The position numbers were made by a program, and so were the translations under genes. A stretch of 64,000 nt of DNA, from assembly GCF_001194135.2 (NCBI RefSeq), contig NC_068986.1, positions 77,046,034 to 77,110,033 on the forward strand. The letters are read 5' to 3'. This document shows, piece after piece, positions 51,001-61,594 of the stretch (positions are counted from its first letter, which is position 1; the number at the start of each line of letters is the position of its first letter). The notes beneath the pieces were generated by a model. That model ran no database searches, had not been told where the DNA came from, and saw only the letters and a list, made by a program, of their open reading frames with translations. This DNA is from Octopus bimaculoides. Its lineage: Eukaryota.

Positions 51001-54000
51001 AGGTCACTTGTGAAAGGAAATCTTAAACTGTCTTTACATTACTTAATAAAAAGTGAATTATAAAATAAAAAGAACTTTGATTTTCAGTTTTCTGCATGTA
51101 AAATAAAAAAAAAAAAAAGCTATTTTGTAATGCAATAGAGGCAAGCACGGCTGTGTGGTTAAGAAGTTTGCTTTTCAACTATGCTGTTTTGGATCCTTTC
51201 CATCAGGAGCTGCTTTGGAGTGGCCTTTGAAAAATCAGGAACTTGTGAGAGAAATTTAGGAAACAAATTCAGTGGAAGCTCATCATCAACATCATTATCA
51301 TTGAATGTCTGTCTGCCATGGTGGTATGGGTTGGGCAGGAGCAGGCAAGCCAGAAGACCGTATTAAGCTCAATTGTCTCCTCTGGTATGGCTTTTGTGGC
51401 CAGATGTTCTTCCTGACACCAACCACTTTACAGAATGTACTGGATACTTTTTACATGGCACAAAGACTCAATTGAGGGGAGACAGTTTTGTGCCAGATGA
51501 TGAGAAATGAGAGTATGATAGAGGAACAGAAATAAGTGTCATGCAGTACAGGAGAGAAAAGATGGTGAAATGTGTTGGGCCAAACCCTCAAGTTACAGGA
51601 AGGTATATGTAAGTGGTACACAGGATTGGGTCAGGTGAGTGGGCAGGTTAGTTCAAGAAAGAACAAAAGGAGAATGGGAGATTACATGTGCATGTACATA
51701 TGTGAGCATGACCTTGCACTGACACTGTATAAATAAGTCTGGTATCTCAGCTGTATGACACATGAAGATCAATGGAAGATGTTGGCATTAGGAAGAGTAT
51801 CCAGCAAGATCTGTCCAATATGACAAATATGGCCAGACAGACTGTTGGTTCAATAAGGATTTTAATAACCAGGTAGACATATATTAATGCAATCTCAGAA
51901 AAGTTCTTTCAAGTCTTTGACAAGAAAGAAGTACAAGGCAGGATATTAGCAGGAGTATGAGGAGTGCCTGATTTTTATTGAAGAATTCTCACAAAAAACA
52001 TGTGCACAAAACTTTGAATGTCTGCCAATTACCAAAACCATGAATGGCTGGTAGTAAAGACAACTTCTAAAACGGTCGTCCTTTAATTGGGCAGTAATAG
52101 TGTTGAACTCACCAGGGGCTGCAAATGTTAAAGGTGCTGGGTGTTCAGTGGGATAGTGATTTTTCTTAGAAGTAAGATATTTGAACCAGGTAAAATTCTT
52201 AGATTTTAAAGACGAGAAATAAATCTTTGTCAGGATCCACCCTTTAGCATTCTGATTACCCTGTCAAAGGTTATGCTTATTGACTTGAATTAATCATGCA
52301 TTGTCTCACAGCATTGATATTTTTTTCTTTTATTTGTTAGTCATTTGACCATGGCCATGCTGGAGCACCACCTTGAGTATGAGTGGAACATTATGTATTG
52401 TGCAGAAACATGACTAAAGATATGCCAGAGTCTGATATTTCATTTATAAAAGTTCTAATATTCTTTAGTAAGCTTTATAAAAATTTAACATGAGGCAGTA
52501 GCTCATGCAAATATAAAGAGGCACATATAAGAAAATGGGAAATACACCACTGCACAAATTTAGCATTTGTTTGATGAAAATAATTATTCTATTTCAGGTT
52601 CAGTCCCATGGCATGGCACCTTGGACTTCTACTAAAGCCTCAGAGTGACCAAAGTCTTACTAGTAGATTTGGTAGACAGAAATTAAAGACACATGCATAC
52701 ATCCCCTTGTCTCGACATTGCATGATAGAAGAAATGCATTTCCAATCTTTCACGAAAACATGTCTGGTGATAGGGAAACTATTACCTAGCTTCACTCTTT
52801 AGCATTCAGATTACTGTCAAATGTAATGCTCATTGACTCGCCTTGTTTTGAATTAATCATGCATTGTCTCACAGCATTGATATTTTGATATTTTTTTTCT
52901 TTTATTTGTTTCAGTCATTTGAATGCAGCCATGCTGGAGCACTACCTTAAAGGGTGTGAGCTGAAGAGATCCACCCCAGGACTTATTCTTTGTAAGCTTA
53001 GCACTTATCTTATTGGTCTCTTTCGTCAAACTGCTAAGTTACAGGGGACATAAACACACCAGCATCAGTTGTCAAGTGGGGTGTGGGGACAAACACAAAC
53101 ATGACAGGTTTCTTCCAGTTTCCATCTACCAAATCCACTCACAAAGCTTTGGTCAGCCAAAGGCTATAGTAGAAGACAATTGTCCAAGGTGTAACACAAT
53201 GGGACTGAACCTGGAACCATGTGGTTGGGAAGCAAGCTTCTTACAAGTATGACATTCTAGGGTATGTGTGGGTGGTTGCATCTGGTTGGTTTGCACATAA
53301 AACAGATAGAATATTCAGACTAGATATGGTTGGTTTAAATGCTGAAGGACTAAAAACAAGTGAGGGTTAGCAACAGAAAAGGCAACAGGCCGTAGAAAAT
53401 CTACTTCATGCAAGCATGGAAAAGTGGATGTTAAAACAATGATGATGATGATGATGATGATGCTATGACATAACCCAAACTGGAGTGGTATTAATCTTAG
53501 TATCAGTAGTGCATAAAAAATTACACGGCCTACTGTCTTTTTGGAAATTAAAAAACTCTTGATTCATACAAAACAGATTCTGTGAGGATGATCTAAGAAG
53601 TCTGATGACCACATCATTTTATGTTCACTTTCTGTGCTAGGATGGATCATGACATCCTGAGTTAGTTTTTATTTAGGGTTACTGCTCTCGTAAATGGGCC
53701 AGAAAACCAAATTTTGCTTGTCTAGTCTATATTTGGCATGATTTGTCTGGATGCCCTAACACTAACTTACAGAGTGTATTGGGTTCATTTTATTATAACA
53801 CCCATACTAGAAAAGTTGTTACACCCTTGGCCTGATTAACCCTTTGTAGACTGGCGGGGTGGAATTACACAAAAGGTCATTGTGACCCTGAGGAGGACCC
53901 TTTTATTTTGTGCATTTCCGTACTATCCAAAAAGCAATATTTGTTTAATCTTGTATATATGATTGAGTGCATGATACAGAAGAAATTTAGAACTGTATAG

Positions 54001-56942
54001 GTATATATTTGTAATTAGAAGGGGAATTAAAATATAATTTAATGACTGAAAAAAGCCTTTATTGAAAGAATTCAACATTTTTTTATAGCTTGGAAAGTTC
54101 TTTTTTTTTTGTAAGTGAATGGAAGAATTGCTTTTCAAATGAGTCACTCACCATCTCATGAAGAAGTACATTTCCATCCTTAGTTAATTTGATGTCTCCA
54201 GCACCAGATACCAACCTTAAAAGAAAAACAGCTCACAATTAATGATGCATATAATTTCTGTGTTGAGATATACACAATTCAGTAACTTATTGAAACATTG
54301 AAATTAATACATCAAAAAACTTTTCAGTCAATGCATAAACATATTCTAGTTGATACTTTTAACTTTAATCATCAAATTCACACTGATTCTTATTTACTTA
54401 ATTATTTTTGCTTACATTATTTGAAAAATGTAACGAAACATTTAATGAAAAGACACTTTGATCAGTTCAATACTGATGAAAGTCCTCAAATAGAGGTAAT
54501 TTTCATTTGATCACACGTGGAAGAAATATGACATGATTTAAGCGATCAGTTTCCAGATATACAATAACTGTTCTCATGAAATTGTGGAATGGGACAAAAC
54601 CAAGAACAAAAGAGGAAATAATAATGCCTAATCAAGGAACAATAAATAAAAAAGCAAGGGGCATGTGAACAGTATTTCACTCAGTTTGCTGCAAAATAGG
54701 TAAACACTTTTTTTTTTTGTTTCAGTCAGATTGTAACCATGCTGGGGCTTTGCATTAAAGGATTTTAGTTAAATAAATCAACTCCTTTCTATTAAAGTGT
54801 GGTATTTACCCTAGCAACTTCTAAGTTATGGCGATGTAAACAAACCAACATCAGCTGTCAAGCAGTTGGGGGAGACACAAAGAGTGATAGACATACATGC
54901 ATGTACATGTAATTTACGTATATACAGGGCCGACCAAAAGTCACATGACAGTAAATCAAAACAATTTAATTCCAAGATTAAAACAAATTTATTTTATGAG
55001 ACTTTGCTAATAAATGGACAAATGTTGAAAAAAAAAACCCCAGTCATTTTAACTCACAGCATTCAATTATTAAACATTCATAATTGGAATAAATAAAATT
55101 GGTAAGTGTTGCGTAGAGGGACTGAACCTGAGACCACATTGTTGCAAAGTGAACTACTTAATAACACAGCCATGCCTGCACTTGTGTAATGTTAAGGAGT
55201 CTCTATGCAGGGAGACTCAACTTGTTAGAAATAGCAACTAAATACTCATAAAATCACATCTTATCATTTTCACAAAAAAAGATGGCATGGTTACAACTGA
55301 ATTACTTATAAGAATGCTCAATCAAAGACTCAAATGCTTGCAAGAGTCGACTGTTAAAGACACCAAAAGGACAGGTGCATTGGTGGTGATATTAAAGTGG
55401 GCAATGAAATATGTCTATCATCTCCAAAACAGAAACATACCCTCCGACAGGCTTTCAAACAGTTTCCATCTTTCCATTTACTCACGAGGCTTTGGACTAA
55501 TGCATAAGGGACTTGCCTAGGTGCCACACTGTGAGACTGAACCAGAGAGCACATAGTTACTGGGCGAATCAGAACACACAGCCCCTTTTTTCACCTATTT
55601 TCTCGTTTCATTGCTCGTTTTGTCAGTCTTCTCATACCTTCTAAAAATACCTCCTGTATGAAGAACACTTATAACAGGTTCCGTTTTTTAACGTGAACCG
55701 TTTCTTGGGTTTCCAAAAAATTCTTACACTTTACGCTTTTTTCAATCTGAACATTCACAATCTTCACAGGATATTTGAATTAACAATGCACAATATAATT
55801 AGCAGTACCTTAATTAAATCCACAGTTATTAATTTAATATTAGTCAGAGGGATTAAGTAAAGAAGGCTGTCATGGAAGCTTTTCCAGAGACAAAGACAGA
55901 AAAAAAGTATATACTTTTCATCAGAACTTAATATTCAAATGAGTTGTCTACAATGACTAGTCATGTTAATTTACCATGATCGGAAGTTCTGTTCCCAATA
56001 ATTTTACAAAAAAGTATTGATGCTCTATCAGCGGTAGCTAAATGCAAGATTAATTAAATGGTGTCTCTAATTTAGAAAAATCCAAGATACAAAAAGATAA
56101 CAGAAAATTAAGGGAAAATATTATTTAACAGATTAAGGCTACAATTATGAAAAAAAAAAAAAAAAAGGCTGGGTTGGGGGTAAACAATGATGTTCAGAAC
56201 ATTAAATTTAAATATTTAATAATATAAGTTATATATTTAAAATATCTTTCATGGTTTGACTGTGATTTGAAAAATGAGACGATTTCGTAAAACCCCAAGC
56301 AATACCTGTCATTTTTTTTTTTTATATTGCTATAAACTGTTTTGTCTTTATAATACCATTTAGCCATCAGACAGAATTATCTTCATTGAGAAAAAAGATA
56401 AAATATCATAGAGAAAACAGGCGAGACATTTACAGATATACATATAATTAATAGAAAACAAATATCGAAATATGAATGGAAATAGACATGTAAAAGATAA
56501 ATTTAGTAGAAAGTACCGCCGCACATGGCCGCCAGGATTTCATAAATCGCTCTCTCATAAAAGATATTTCTATTAAGAATACTGATGCAAACCAATATTG
56601 TAATATGTCAACTTCAAATAGAAATTGTAATATGTCTAACAAAAAGTGAGTGTAAATGTTAATAAGAGAAAAAGAGGCATAAGCACGTGTAGTAAGTACT
56701 TCAGTTAGAACATTGCCGGCTTCATTCTGGAAGATTCTGTATGAGATAGAAGTGAAAGAGCGTTGAGACAGAGTGATAAAAAGATAAACGTATACCATAA
56801 CTTACATTTTAAGGGTTCCTCTAGGTCCGAGATTAGTCCGAAGAACATCTTGAAGACCTTTAGCAGCGCTAATGTTAACAGCAAGAGCCTGAGCAGCTCG
56901 AGCTACTTCGGCTTTCGGATTCAATGACTTGACGGCCGCCAT
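29431..56942 (-). CDS. CCT6: T-complex protein 1 subunit zeta (chaperonin CCT6), 15 coding exons, about 532 aa
   Basis: Exons: 56942-56806, 54215-54152, 50806-50672, 50054-49995, 47857-47744, 42889-(gap after 42792), 39895-39785, 39571-39412, 36287-36205, 36041-35945, 34551-34404, 32563-32471, 31995-31852, 29867-29795, 29506-29431. Visible borders are all GT-AG and in phase. Protein has [37 protein letters not shown] and ends [14 protein letters not shown]. Confidence 0.98.
29795..29867 (-). CDS. CCT6: CCT6 exon 14 (73 nt)
   Basis: [24 protein letters not shown](C); donor TG|GTAAGT. Confidence 0.96.
31852..31995 (-). CDS. CCT6: CCT6 exon 13 (144 nt)
   Basis: [48 protein letters not shown]; donor G|GTGAGA. 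Confidence 0.96.
32197..32413. mobile_element. piggyBac-type MITE (TTAA TSD) in CCT6 intron 12
   Basis: TTAA|CCCTTTAGCATTCAGA ... TTTGAATGCTAAAGTG|TTAA; fragments of the family near 52240 and 52800. Confidence 0.75.
32471..32563 (-). CDS. CCT6: CCT6 exon 12 (93 nt)
   Basis: [31 protein letters not shown]; donor G|GTAAGT. Confidence 0.96.
34152..34368. mobile_element. piggyBac-type MITE (TTAA TSD) in CCT6 intron 11
   Basis: TTAA|CCCTTTT ... AAAAAGGG|TTAA. Confidence 0.8.
34404..34551 (-). CDS. CCT6: CCT6 exon 11 (148 nt)
   Basis: [49 protein letters not shown]; donor G|GTGAGT. Confidence 0.97.
34774..35240 (+). mobile_element. mariner remnant (left end plus catalytic-region fragment) in CCT6 intron 10
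   Basis: TATGAGAGTAGGCTGAAAATTTCATAGGC end; [41 protein letters not shown]. Confidence 0.75.
35945..36041 (-). CDS. CCT6: CCT6 exon 10 (97 nt)
   Basis: [32 protein letters not shown]; donor CTG|GTATGT. Confidence 0.96.
36205..36287 (-). CDS. CCT6: CCT6 exon 9 (83 nt)
   Basis: [28 protein letters not shown]; donor AG|GTAACA. Confidence 0.96.
36670..37100 (-). mobile_element. RTE LINE 3' end (ORF C-terminus and 3'UTR); similar tails at about 33060-33320, 47990-48110, 51290-51450
   Basis: [13 protein letters not shown] motif followed by the recurrent GGAAGGGCATCCAGC 3'UTR and a GAT-rich tail. Confidence 0.65.
38200..38590 (+). mobile_element. abundant tRNA-headed SINE (family A)
   Basis: TTCAGTCC..GGTACCTTGGGCAAGTG..GGAAACTGAAAGAAGCC body and GTACCAG/GATTTGTTC tail; more than 10 copies in the window. 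Confidence 0.75.
38637..38849. mobile_element. piggyBac-type MITE, same family as 34152-34368, inverted
   Basis: TTAA|CCCTTTT ... CAAAATGG|TTAA; its reverse complement aligns along the whole 34152 copy. Confidence 0.8.
38935..39225 (-). mobile_element. SINE family A, inverted relative to 38200-38590
   Basis: Reverse-complement body (GCAGCCTTGAAGGG ... CCAAATCCATGG). Confidence 0.65.
39412..39571 (-). CDS. CCT6: CCT6 exon 8 (160 nt)
   Basis: [53 protein letters not shown]; donor AAG|GTAAGT. Confidence 0.97.
39785..39895 (-). CDS. CCT6: CCT6 exon 7 (111 nt)
   Basis: [37 protein letters not shown]; donor AC|GTAAGT. Confidence 0.97.
42010..42320 (-). mobile_element. probable Helitron/Helentron-type non-autonomous remnant
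   Basis: Minus-strand start ACTAGCAGTATAGCCCAGCTTTGCTCGGG beside a (TA)/(CA) microsatellite, as in HINE-like elements; recognition only. Confidence 0.4.
42354..42656. mobile_element. hAT MITE related to 27450-27677, in the opposite orientation
   Basis: AGTGGTTCTCAA ... GTTGAACATCACTG; flanks GCTTAAAC / GCTAAAAC (7 of 8 match); internal GGACCCC motifs. Confidence 0.7.
42683..42791. other. assembly gap; other N-gaps at 859-1047, 2663-3063, 8817-9268, 15869-16774, 25696-25799, 57166-57519
   Basis: Runs of N. Confidence 0.99.
42792..42889 (-). CDS. CCT6: CCT6 exon 6 (98 nt visible; 3' end in N-gap)
   Basis: [32 protein letters not shown](D); TTCCAG| acceptor; donor hidden by gap 42683-42791. 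Confidence 0.93.
43560..44000 (+). pseudogene. degraded DNA-transposase fragment (LHIKLGL / [14 protein letters not shown] family, probably Chapaev3-like)
   Basis: [38 protein letters not shown]; superfamily assignment from memory. Confidence 0.55.
44960..45800 (+). pseudogene. degraded piggyBac (PGBD-like) transposase remnant
   Basis: [27 protein letters not shown], and a Cys-rich tail TTFQCAFC. Confidence 0.55.
45835..46480 (-). mobile_element. SINE family A containing a tandem array
   Basis: Full family-A body on the minus strand; head region expanded into 31-bp repeats. Confidence 0.8.
46121..46456. repeat. 31-bp minisatellite, about 10.8 near-identical copies
   Basis: Unit GAACCATGTGTTTGGGAAGCAAGCTTGCCCA, period 31 from 46121; only a few substitutions. 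Confidence 0.97.
47208..47417. mobile_element. piggyBac-type MITE (related subfamily)
   Basis: TTAA|CCCTTTTGTTAC ... GTAATGAAAGGG|TTAA. Confidence 0.75.
47744..47857 (-). CDS. CCT6: CCT6 exon 5 (114 nt)
   Basis: [38 protein letters not shown]; TTACAG|G acceptor, GAA|GTAAGT donor. Confidence 0.95.
49995..50054 (-). CDS. CCT6: CCT6 exon 4 (60 nt)
   Basis: [20 protein letters not shown]; TTTCAG|G acceptor, GAG|GTAAAT donor. Confidence 0.95.
50672..50806 (-). CDS. CCT6: CCT6 exon 3 (135 nt)
   Basis: [45 protein letters not shown], includes the GDGTT ATP-binding motif; donor GAG|GTAAGT. Confidence 0.97.
52920..53245 (-). mobile_element. SINE family A in CCT6 intron 2
   Basis: GCCATGCTGGAGCAC ... 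GGGACTGAACCTGGAACCATGTGGTTGGGAAGCAAGCTTCTTAC; shows the unexpanded head. Confidence 0.8.
54152..54215 (-). CDS. CCT6: CCT6 exon 2 (64 nt)
   Basis: [21 protein letters not shown]; TTAAG|G acceptor, ATG|GTGAGT donor. Confidence 0.97.
56806..56942 (-). CDS. CCT6: CCT6 exon 1 (137 nt)
   Basis: [46 protein letters not shown]; donor AT|GTAAG. Confidence 0.97.
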
Positions 56943-56978
56943 CTTGCTAGACAAGAATGAGATCTGCTGACTCACGTG
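56935..56978 (-). promoter_or_regulatory. CCT6 start context: TISU/YY1-type CAAGATGGCGGC plus overlapping AP-1/E-box TGACTCACGTG in the 5'UTR region
   Basis: CAAGATGGCGGC at 56946-56935 spans the ATG; TGACTCA at 56968-56974 overlaps CACGTG at 56973-56978. Confidence 0.5.
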
Positions 56979-57624
56979 GGTCTTAGCGAACAATATCTGT
57001 TGGTTGGGATACGGATGCGCAGAAGAAACATATTATACATACGTATTTAATATATATATATATTTCTAACAAAACAGGCCGATAAACGGGAATGTGAAAC
57101 TCCGAGTAACAGCCTTTTGTTATATTTCTGCTGCTTTTAAATAAAGTATATATATATATATATATNNNNNNNNNNNNNNNNNNNNNNNNNNNNNNNNNNN
57201 NNNNNNNNNNNNNNNNNNNNNNNNNNNNNNNNNNNNNNNNNNNNNNNNNNNNNNNNNNNNNNNNNNNNNNNNNNNNNNNNNNNNNNNNNNNNNNNNNNNN
57301 NNNNNNNNNNNNNNNNNNNNNNNNNNNNNNNNNNNNNNNNNNNNNNNNNNNNNNNNNNNNNNNNNNNNNNNNNNNNNNNNNNNNNNNNNNNNNNNNNNNN
57401 NNNNNNNNNNNNNNNNNNNNNNNNNNNNNNNNNNNNNNNNNNNNNNNNNNNNNNNNNNNNNNNNNNNNNNNNNNNNNNNNNNNNNNNNNNNNNNNNNNNN
57501 NNNNNNNNNNNNNNNNNNNATATATACACATGCACGCATACACACACATATATGAAATATATATATATATAAGATGTTATATATATTCATATATATATAT
57601 TCTCATATATATAAAAAAAAAAAA

Positions 57625-57797
57625 AGAGCAGTCAGTACACTCTGTAAAGTGGTTGTGTTAGAAGGGTCACCTAGCCATAGAAACCATGCCAAAGATGACA
57701 CTGCAGCTTCTTGCAACCCTGCAGGTTGTCAGTTCCCAGTCAAACTGTTCTACACAAGCCAGCATGGAAAGTGGATATTAAATGATGATGATGATGA
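57625..57797 (+). mobile_element. RTE-type 3' tail with (GAT)n
   Basis: Recurrent ACTCTGTAAAGTGGTT ... CCAGCATGGAAAGTGGATATTAAATGATGATGAT. Confidence 0.65.
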
Positions 57798-57877
57798 TAT
57801 ATGTAGTGGGTACCTTTAACGTGTCACCAACATGGGTACTTTTATGTGTCACACACACACACACACACACACACATA

Positions 57878-58620
57878 TTGGCACATATTGACCTTGAACT
57901 CTGTTGTGCATGTGCAGTAAGTTTTAACATTCTAGCTCACTTCTGCTGTTTACAGCAGTGCTTGGAAGGAAGGTGTGCAGCCTGTGATTGTTGTATTGAC
58001 TATGACATCTTCCTGCTCAGAGGCCTACACAAAGTTGCAGAAAGTGTATGGAATGGAGTGTATGAGCCACACACAAGCGTACAAGAGGTTCAGACGTTTC
58101 CAAGATAGCCCCAAAAAATGTTGATATTGACGAACGTTCTGGGAGACCTGCAACCAGCAAAACTCAGAAAAACATCACAGATGTGCATGCAGCAGTGAGG
58201 GGAAATCATTGAATCATCATCTGAGAGTTATCAGAGGATGTGCAGATTAGTTACGATTCAGTTCAATCCATTATCACTGAAGATTTGGGTATGAGATGCA
58301 TGTCTGCCAAGTTTGTGCCAAAACTGCTTTCAGCTGACCAAAAAGACACTCGGGTTTCAGTTGCACAAGATCTCCTTGATTGTGTTGAGAATGATGAAAA
58401 CTTTGCATAGGCTTCTAAGCAGGTATTGCCAAGCTTTTGGCAAAATTTGATGCAGATTCACTGCTCAACTTCCTCTGTCACGGTCAATGTGATGATCACA
58501 CACTAAAGAAATTTACACTACACACCTTCCTTCCAAGCACTGCTATAAATAGTGGAAGTGAGCTAGAATGTTAAAACTTAGTGTGCATGCACAGCAAAGT
58601 TCAAGGTCAATCTGTGCCAA
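57878..58620. mobile_element. composite mariner derivative: two opposed 5' portions giving about 100-bp inverted repeats
   Basis: Inverted repeats 57878-57977 / 58521-58620. Plus strand: SEAYTKLQKVYG..DERSGRP..SAKFVPKLL..ENDENF. Minus strand: TEEVEQ*ICIKFCQKLG..EAYAK. Confidence 0.8.
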
Positions 58621-60331
58621 GCAGCTTCACTTTCTATGATTTAGCTTCGTTACTATAGCAAAAGACTGGATGCTTATTGATCTGACTACGTATATGTGTA
58701 TACACACACATACACACACACACACATTATCAGTGCAGGCATGACTGTGTGATTAAGAACTAGTGATGAGGAAGTGGGGAATGATGTAGATATCTTCAGG
58801 CTATAGATTTGATAATAGTGTTATATAAAAGAACAGCTACAGTTTTTCCAGCAGTCTTTAACATTGCTGTTTGCCCAATGTGAATCATGAAGCTTGGTTT
58901 CACCTGAGGCTTGATAAAAGATATTTGCATATGGCACAGTAAGATCATACTAAGAACTTAATGTTTCATCTGTACTACAATGCCCAATGTGTACTTTGAT
59001 ATTTTAATGCTGGTAAGGTGTGATTTGAATAAGATTTGGCTGCTGTTTTTTAACATCTTTAACAACCACATTGAGTTGACCAAGTTCTCTGTTTGATATA
59101 GTTGGTAATTAAGTGGAAACAGCCTGAGCATATGCGATGGGTGGGTGAGAGGTGCTAGCCAGAACATCTATTTGAGACCCAGAATGCCCAAGTGAAGCTC
59201 CTATCAATAACAGATGGGCCATTCTTTCAAAAAAATAAATAAATAAAATAAAAAAATAAAAAATTTCAAACTTTAAAAAAGCAACCTCTCATATCCCTTC
59301 TTAGAACTTAAGTGGGACCCTCTCCTTTGAGTTTCTTGCATTTTTGTTGCACTTTGCCAATTTTGTCTTGGCAGCTTAGGTCACAACTATGCAAAATACT
59401 GTTTGTTTTCCCCTTAATCTAGGAATTTTATAATCCCAGATGAAATACACAGTTTGTTCACTGGTTAAATATTTCTTTATTTGATATGTCTTCAAAATAC
59501 AACAAAGATTAAGCATGAAGCTCTTCTCTCCTAATTTTAGAAAGCATAGAAGAAACTGATTCCTCTATATATAGAAATCTAGTCACTGAAAAATATTCAC
59601 AATGTCTTTGACTTAGGCACAAGGCAACATATTTGGTAAAAGGTGATAGTCGCTTATATTGATCCTCCACAAGACTGCTAGCTATCTCATCAACCCCCTG
59701 GAGAAGTGCAAAATTGACTCTGTATTTAAAGCCATGCAACTAAATACCATAAAGTTATTTTCTCTATACCAGTTCTGCGATTGCTCTACTCTCGCATACC
59801 CCAAGTAATAAGCATCGCAGCCCAAGAGTCTAGTGAGCTTCAAAGGAGCCTTTATTTAGTCACTTCATCTGTAAAACATAACAGCCAAATTTCCCTTAAA
59901 TCACACCTTATTATCTTAAAACAATACGATACGGGATAATGTAATATTGAATGTATGGGTCCATTAGAAAATAAATAGTTATGTAGATAAACAAAAAGGG
60001 GATCAATACTGGAATACTTTCGATAATATTTTTGCTCGATCAAGGTTGACCTAGGGCTAAACATTCACATCAACAACAACTAAAGACAACAGCAATTGAA
60101 TTCAGAGAGCTGCAACCAGGGAAAACAACTTAGATTCGGATTATCTCCCTTTGTTCGGAAAACTCACTTTTTATATGAACCGAAGATCACAAAAGATAAT
60201 TGGTTAAAAATTGAATATAAATGTTACGAAGGTGAAGGATAATTACTAGAATCTACAGAAGACTGAGGAGAATGGTTTCACTTGTTACAAATTTAGAAAC
60301 CTATGTTTGAAATATAACAAATATTTACTTT

Positions 60332-60806
60332 GGTAGAGATGGACTATATGTAATCTGAACCTCCCCCCCCCCTATTAATTAATTTTTTTACGGAATCCCA
60401 CGTTTTAGGCTATGGAGATTCCGATTCTGAAAAAAAATTGTTTGAAAAATTTCAACCCCCCCCCACCACCACCACCAAGCAGGCTATTTACATGATAGAA
60501 ATAACAGCCAAATCTCACAAAACTAGTGTTAGGGTTAGGTTTAGGGTTAGGGTTAGGGTCAGGGTTAGGGTTACGGTTACGGTCAGGGTTACGGTCAGGG
60601 TTAGGGTTAGGGTTAGGGTTTGAGTTAGGGTTAGGTTTACCCTGTGGATCTATATAAAAACGGGGGGGGGGATCGAAATTTTGAAATTGAGATTTTTGAA
60701 AATTTTTTTTCAGAATCGGAATCTCCATAGCCTAAAACGTGGGATTCCGTAAAAAAAATAATAATAAGTGGGGAAAGGTTCAGATTACATATAGTCCATC
60801 TGGACC
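60332..60806. mobile_element. non-autonomous long-TIR (Mutator-like) element carrying a TTAGGG array
   Basis: TTTACTTT|GGT ... ACC|TTTACTTT 8-bp TSD; arms of about 130 bp with perfect 26-bp and about 54-bp inverted blocks; variant telomeric repeats at 60529-60637. Confidence 0.85.
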
Positions 60807-61594
60807 TTTACTTTTAACTATCACATTATGTGTGGCATTTCACAGCATATGCTAAATTATATTTTTAATAAAATTTCAAGACTGAAAATTTTTCTTCGCT
60901 GTTAACTTTGGTAATATATAGTTAATAAATATTGGTCAAAAATTTTTGTAGAAGGACCATAATTTCGGGGGTGGGGGTGTTAATCGATTGCATCGACTCC
61001 AGTGCTCAACTGGTGCTTATTTTACCAAAATATCTCTGATGAACAGCAAAGTCGACTTCAGTGGAATTTGAACTCAAAAAGTAGCTACGGACGAAATGCT
61101 GCTAAGCATTTTTTCCTGCATGCTAATGATTCTGCCAGTTCGTCGCCTTTGTATTAAATATTACGATATATTTGTTACTATCGCTATCAACATGTTTACA
61201 TCCACTTTTCGTGATTGCATGAGTCAAACGGAATTTGTTGAGGTAGATTTACTTTTGTCAGAAGCCTTTCCTGTCACTAACACTTCCAAGGACCACATCT
61301 TGCTCTGGCGTTTCAATTTTGGCATGGTTCCTATGGCTGGGTGCCCTTCTTAAAGCCAATCACTTTACTGAGTGTGTTGAATAATTTTTCATGGCACCGT
61401 CATTAGTGAGGTTGTCTTACAATTAGTAAAACTAAAGAGCCCTCTTGCCAAAGAAGGAGAATAAGAGATAAAGTGGTTACTTTATATAAGGTATTGAAAG
61501 AGAGGAGTAAGAACTGTTTTGCAGAACATGAAGACAGACAAAATTCTGCTAAGCATTTTGTCCAGTGTGCTAATAGTTCACTCAAATAATAATG

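Noticed and set aside
54459-54578. Two adjacent hairpins in CCT6 intron 1 as a possible intronic snoRNA (vertebrate CCT6A hosts SNORA15/SNORA22) or hammerhead (CTGATGA)
   Set aside because: No ANANNA or ACA boxes on the host strand, C/D spacing is too short, and no GAAA follows stem II. An Rfam/snoReport scan of all introns would be the proper test.
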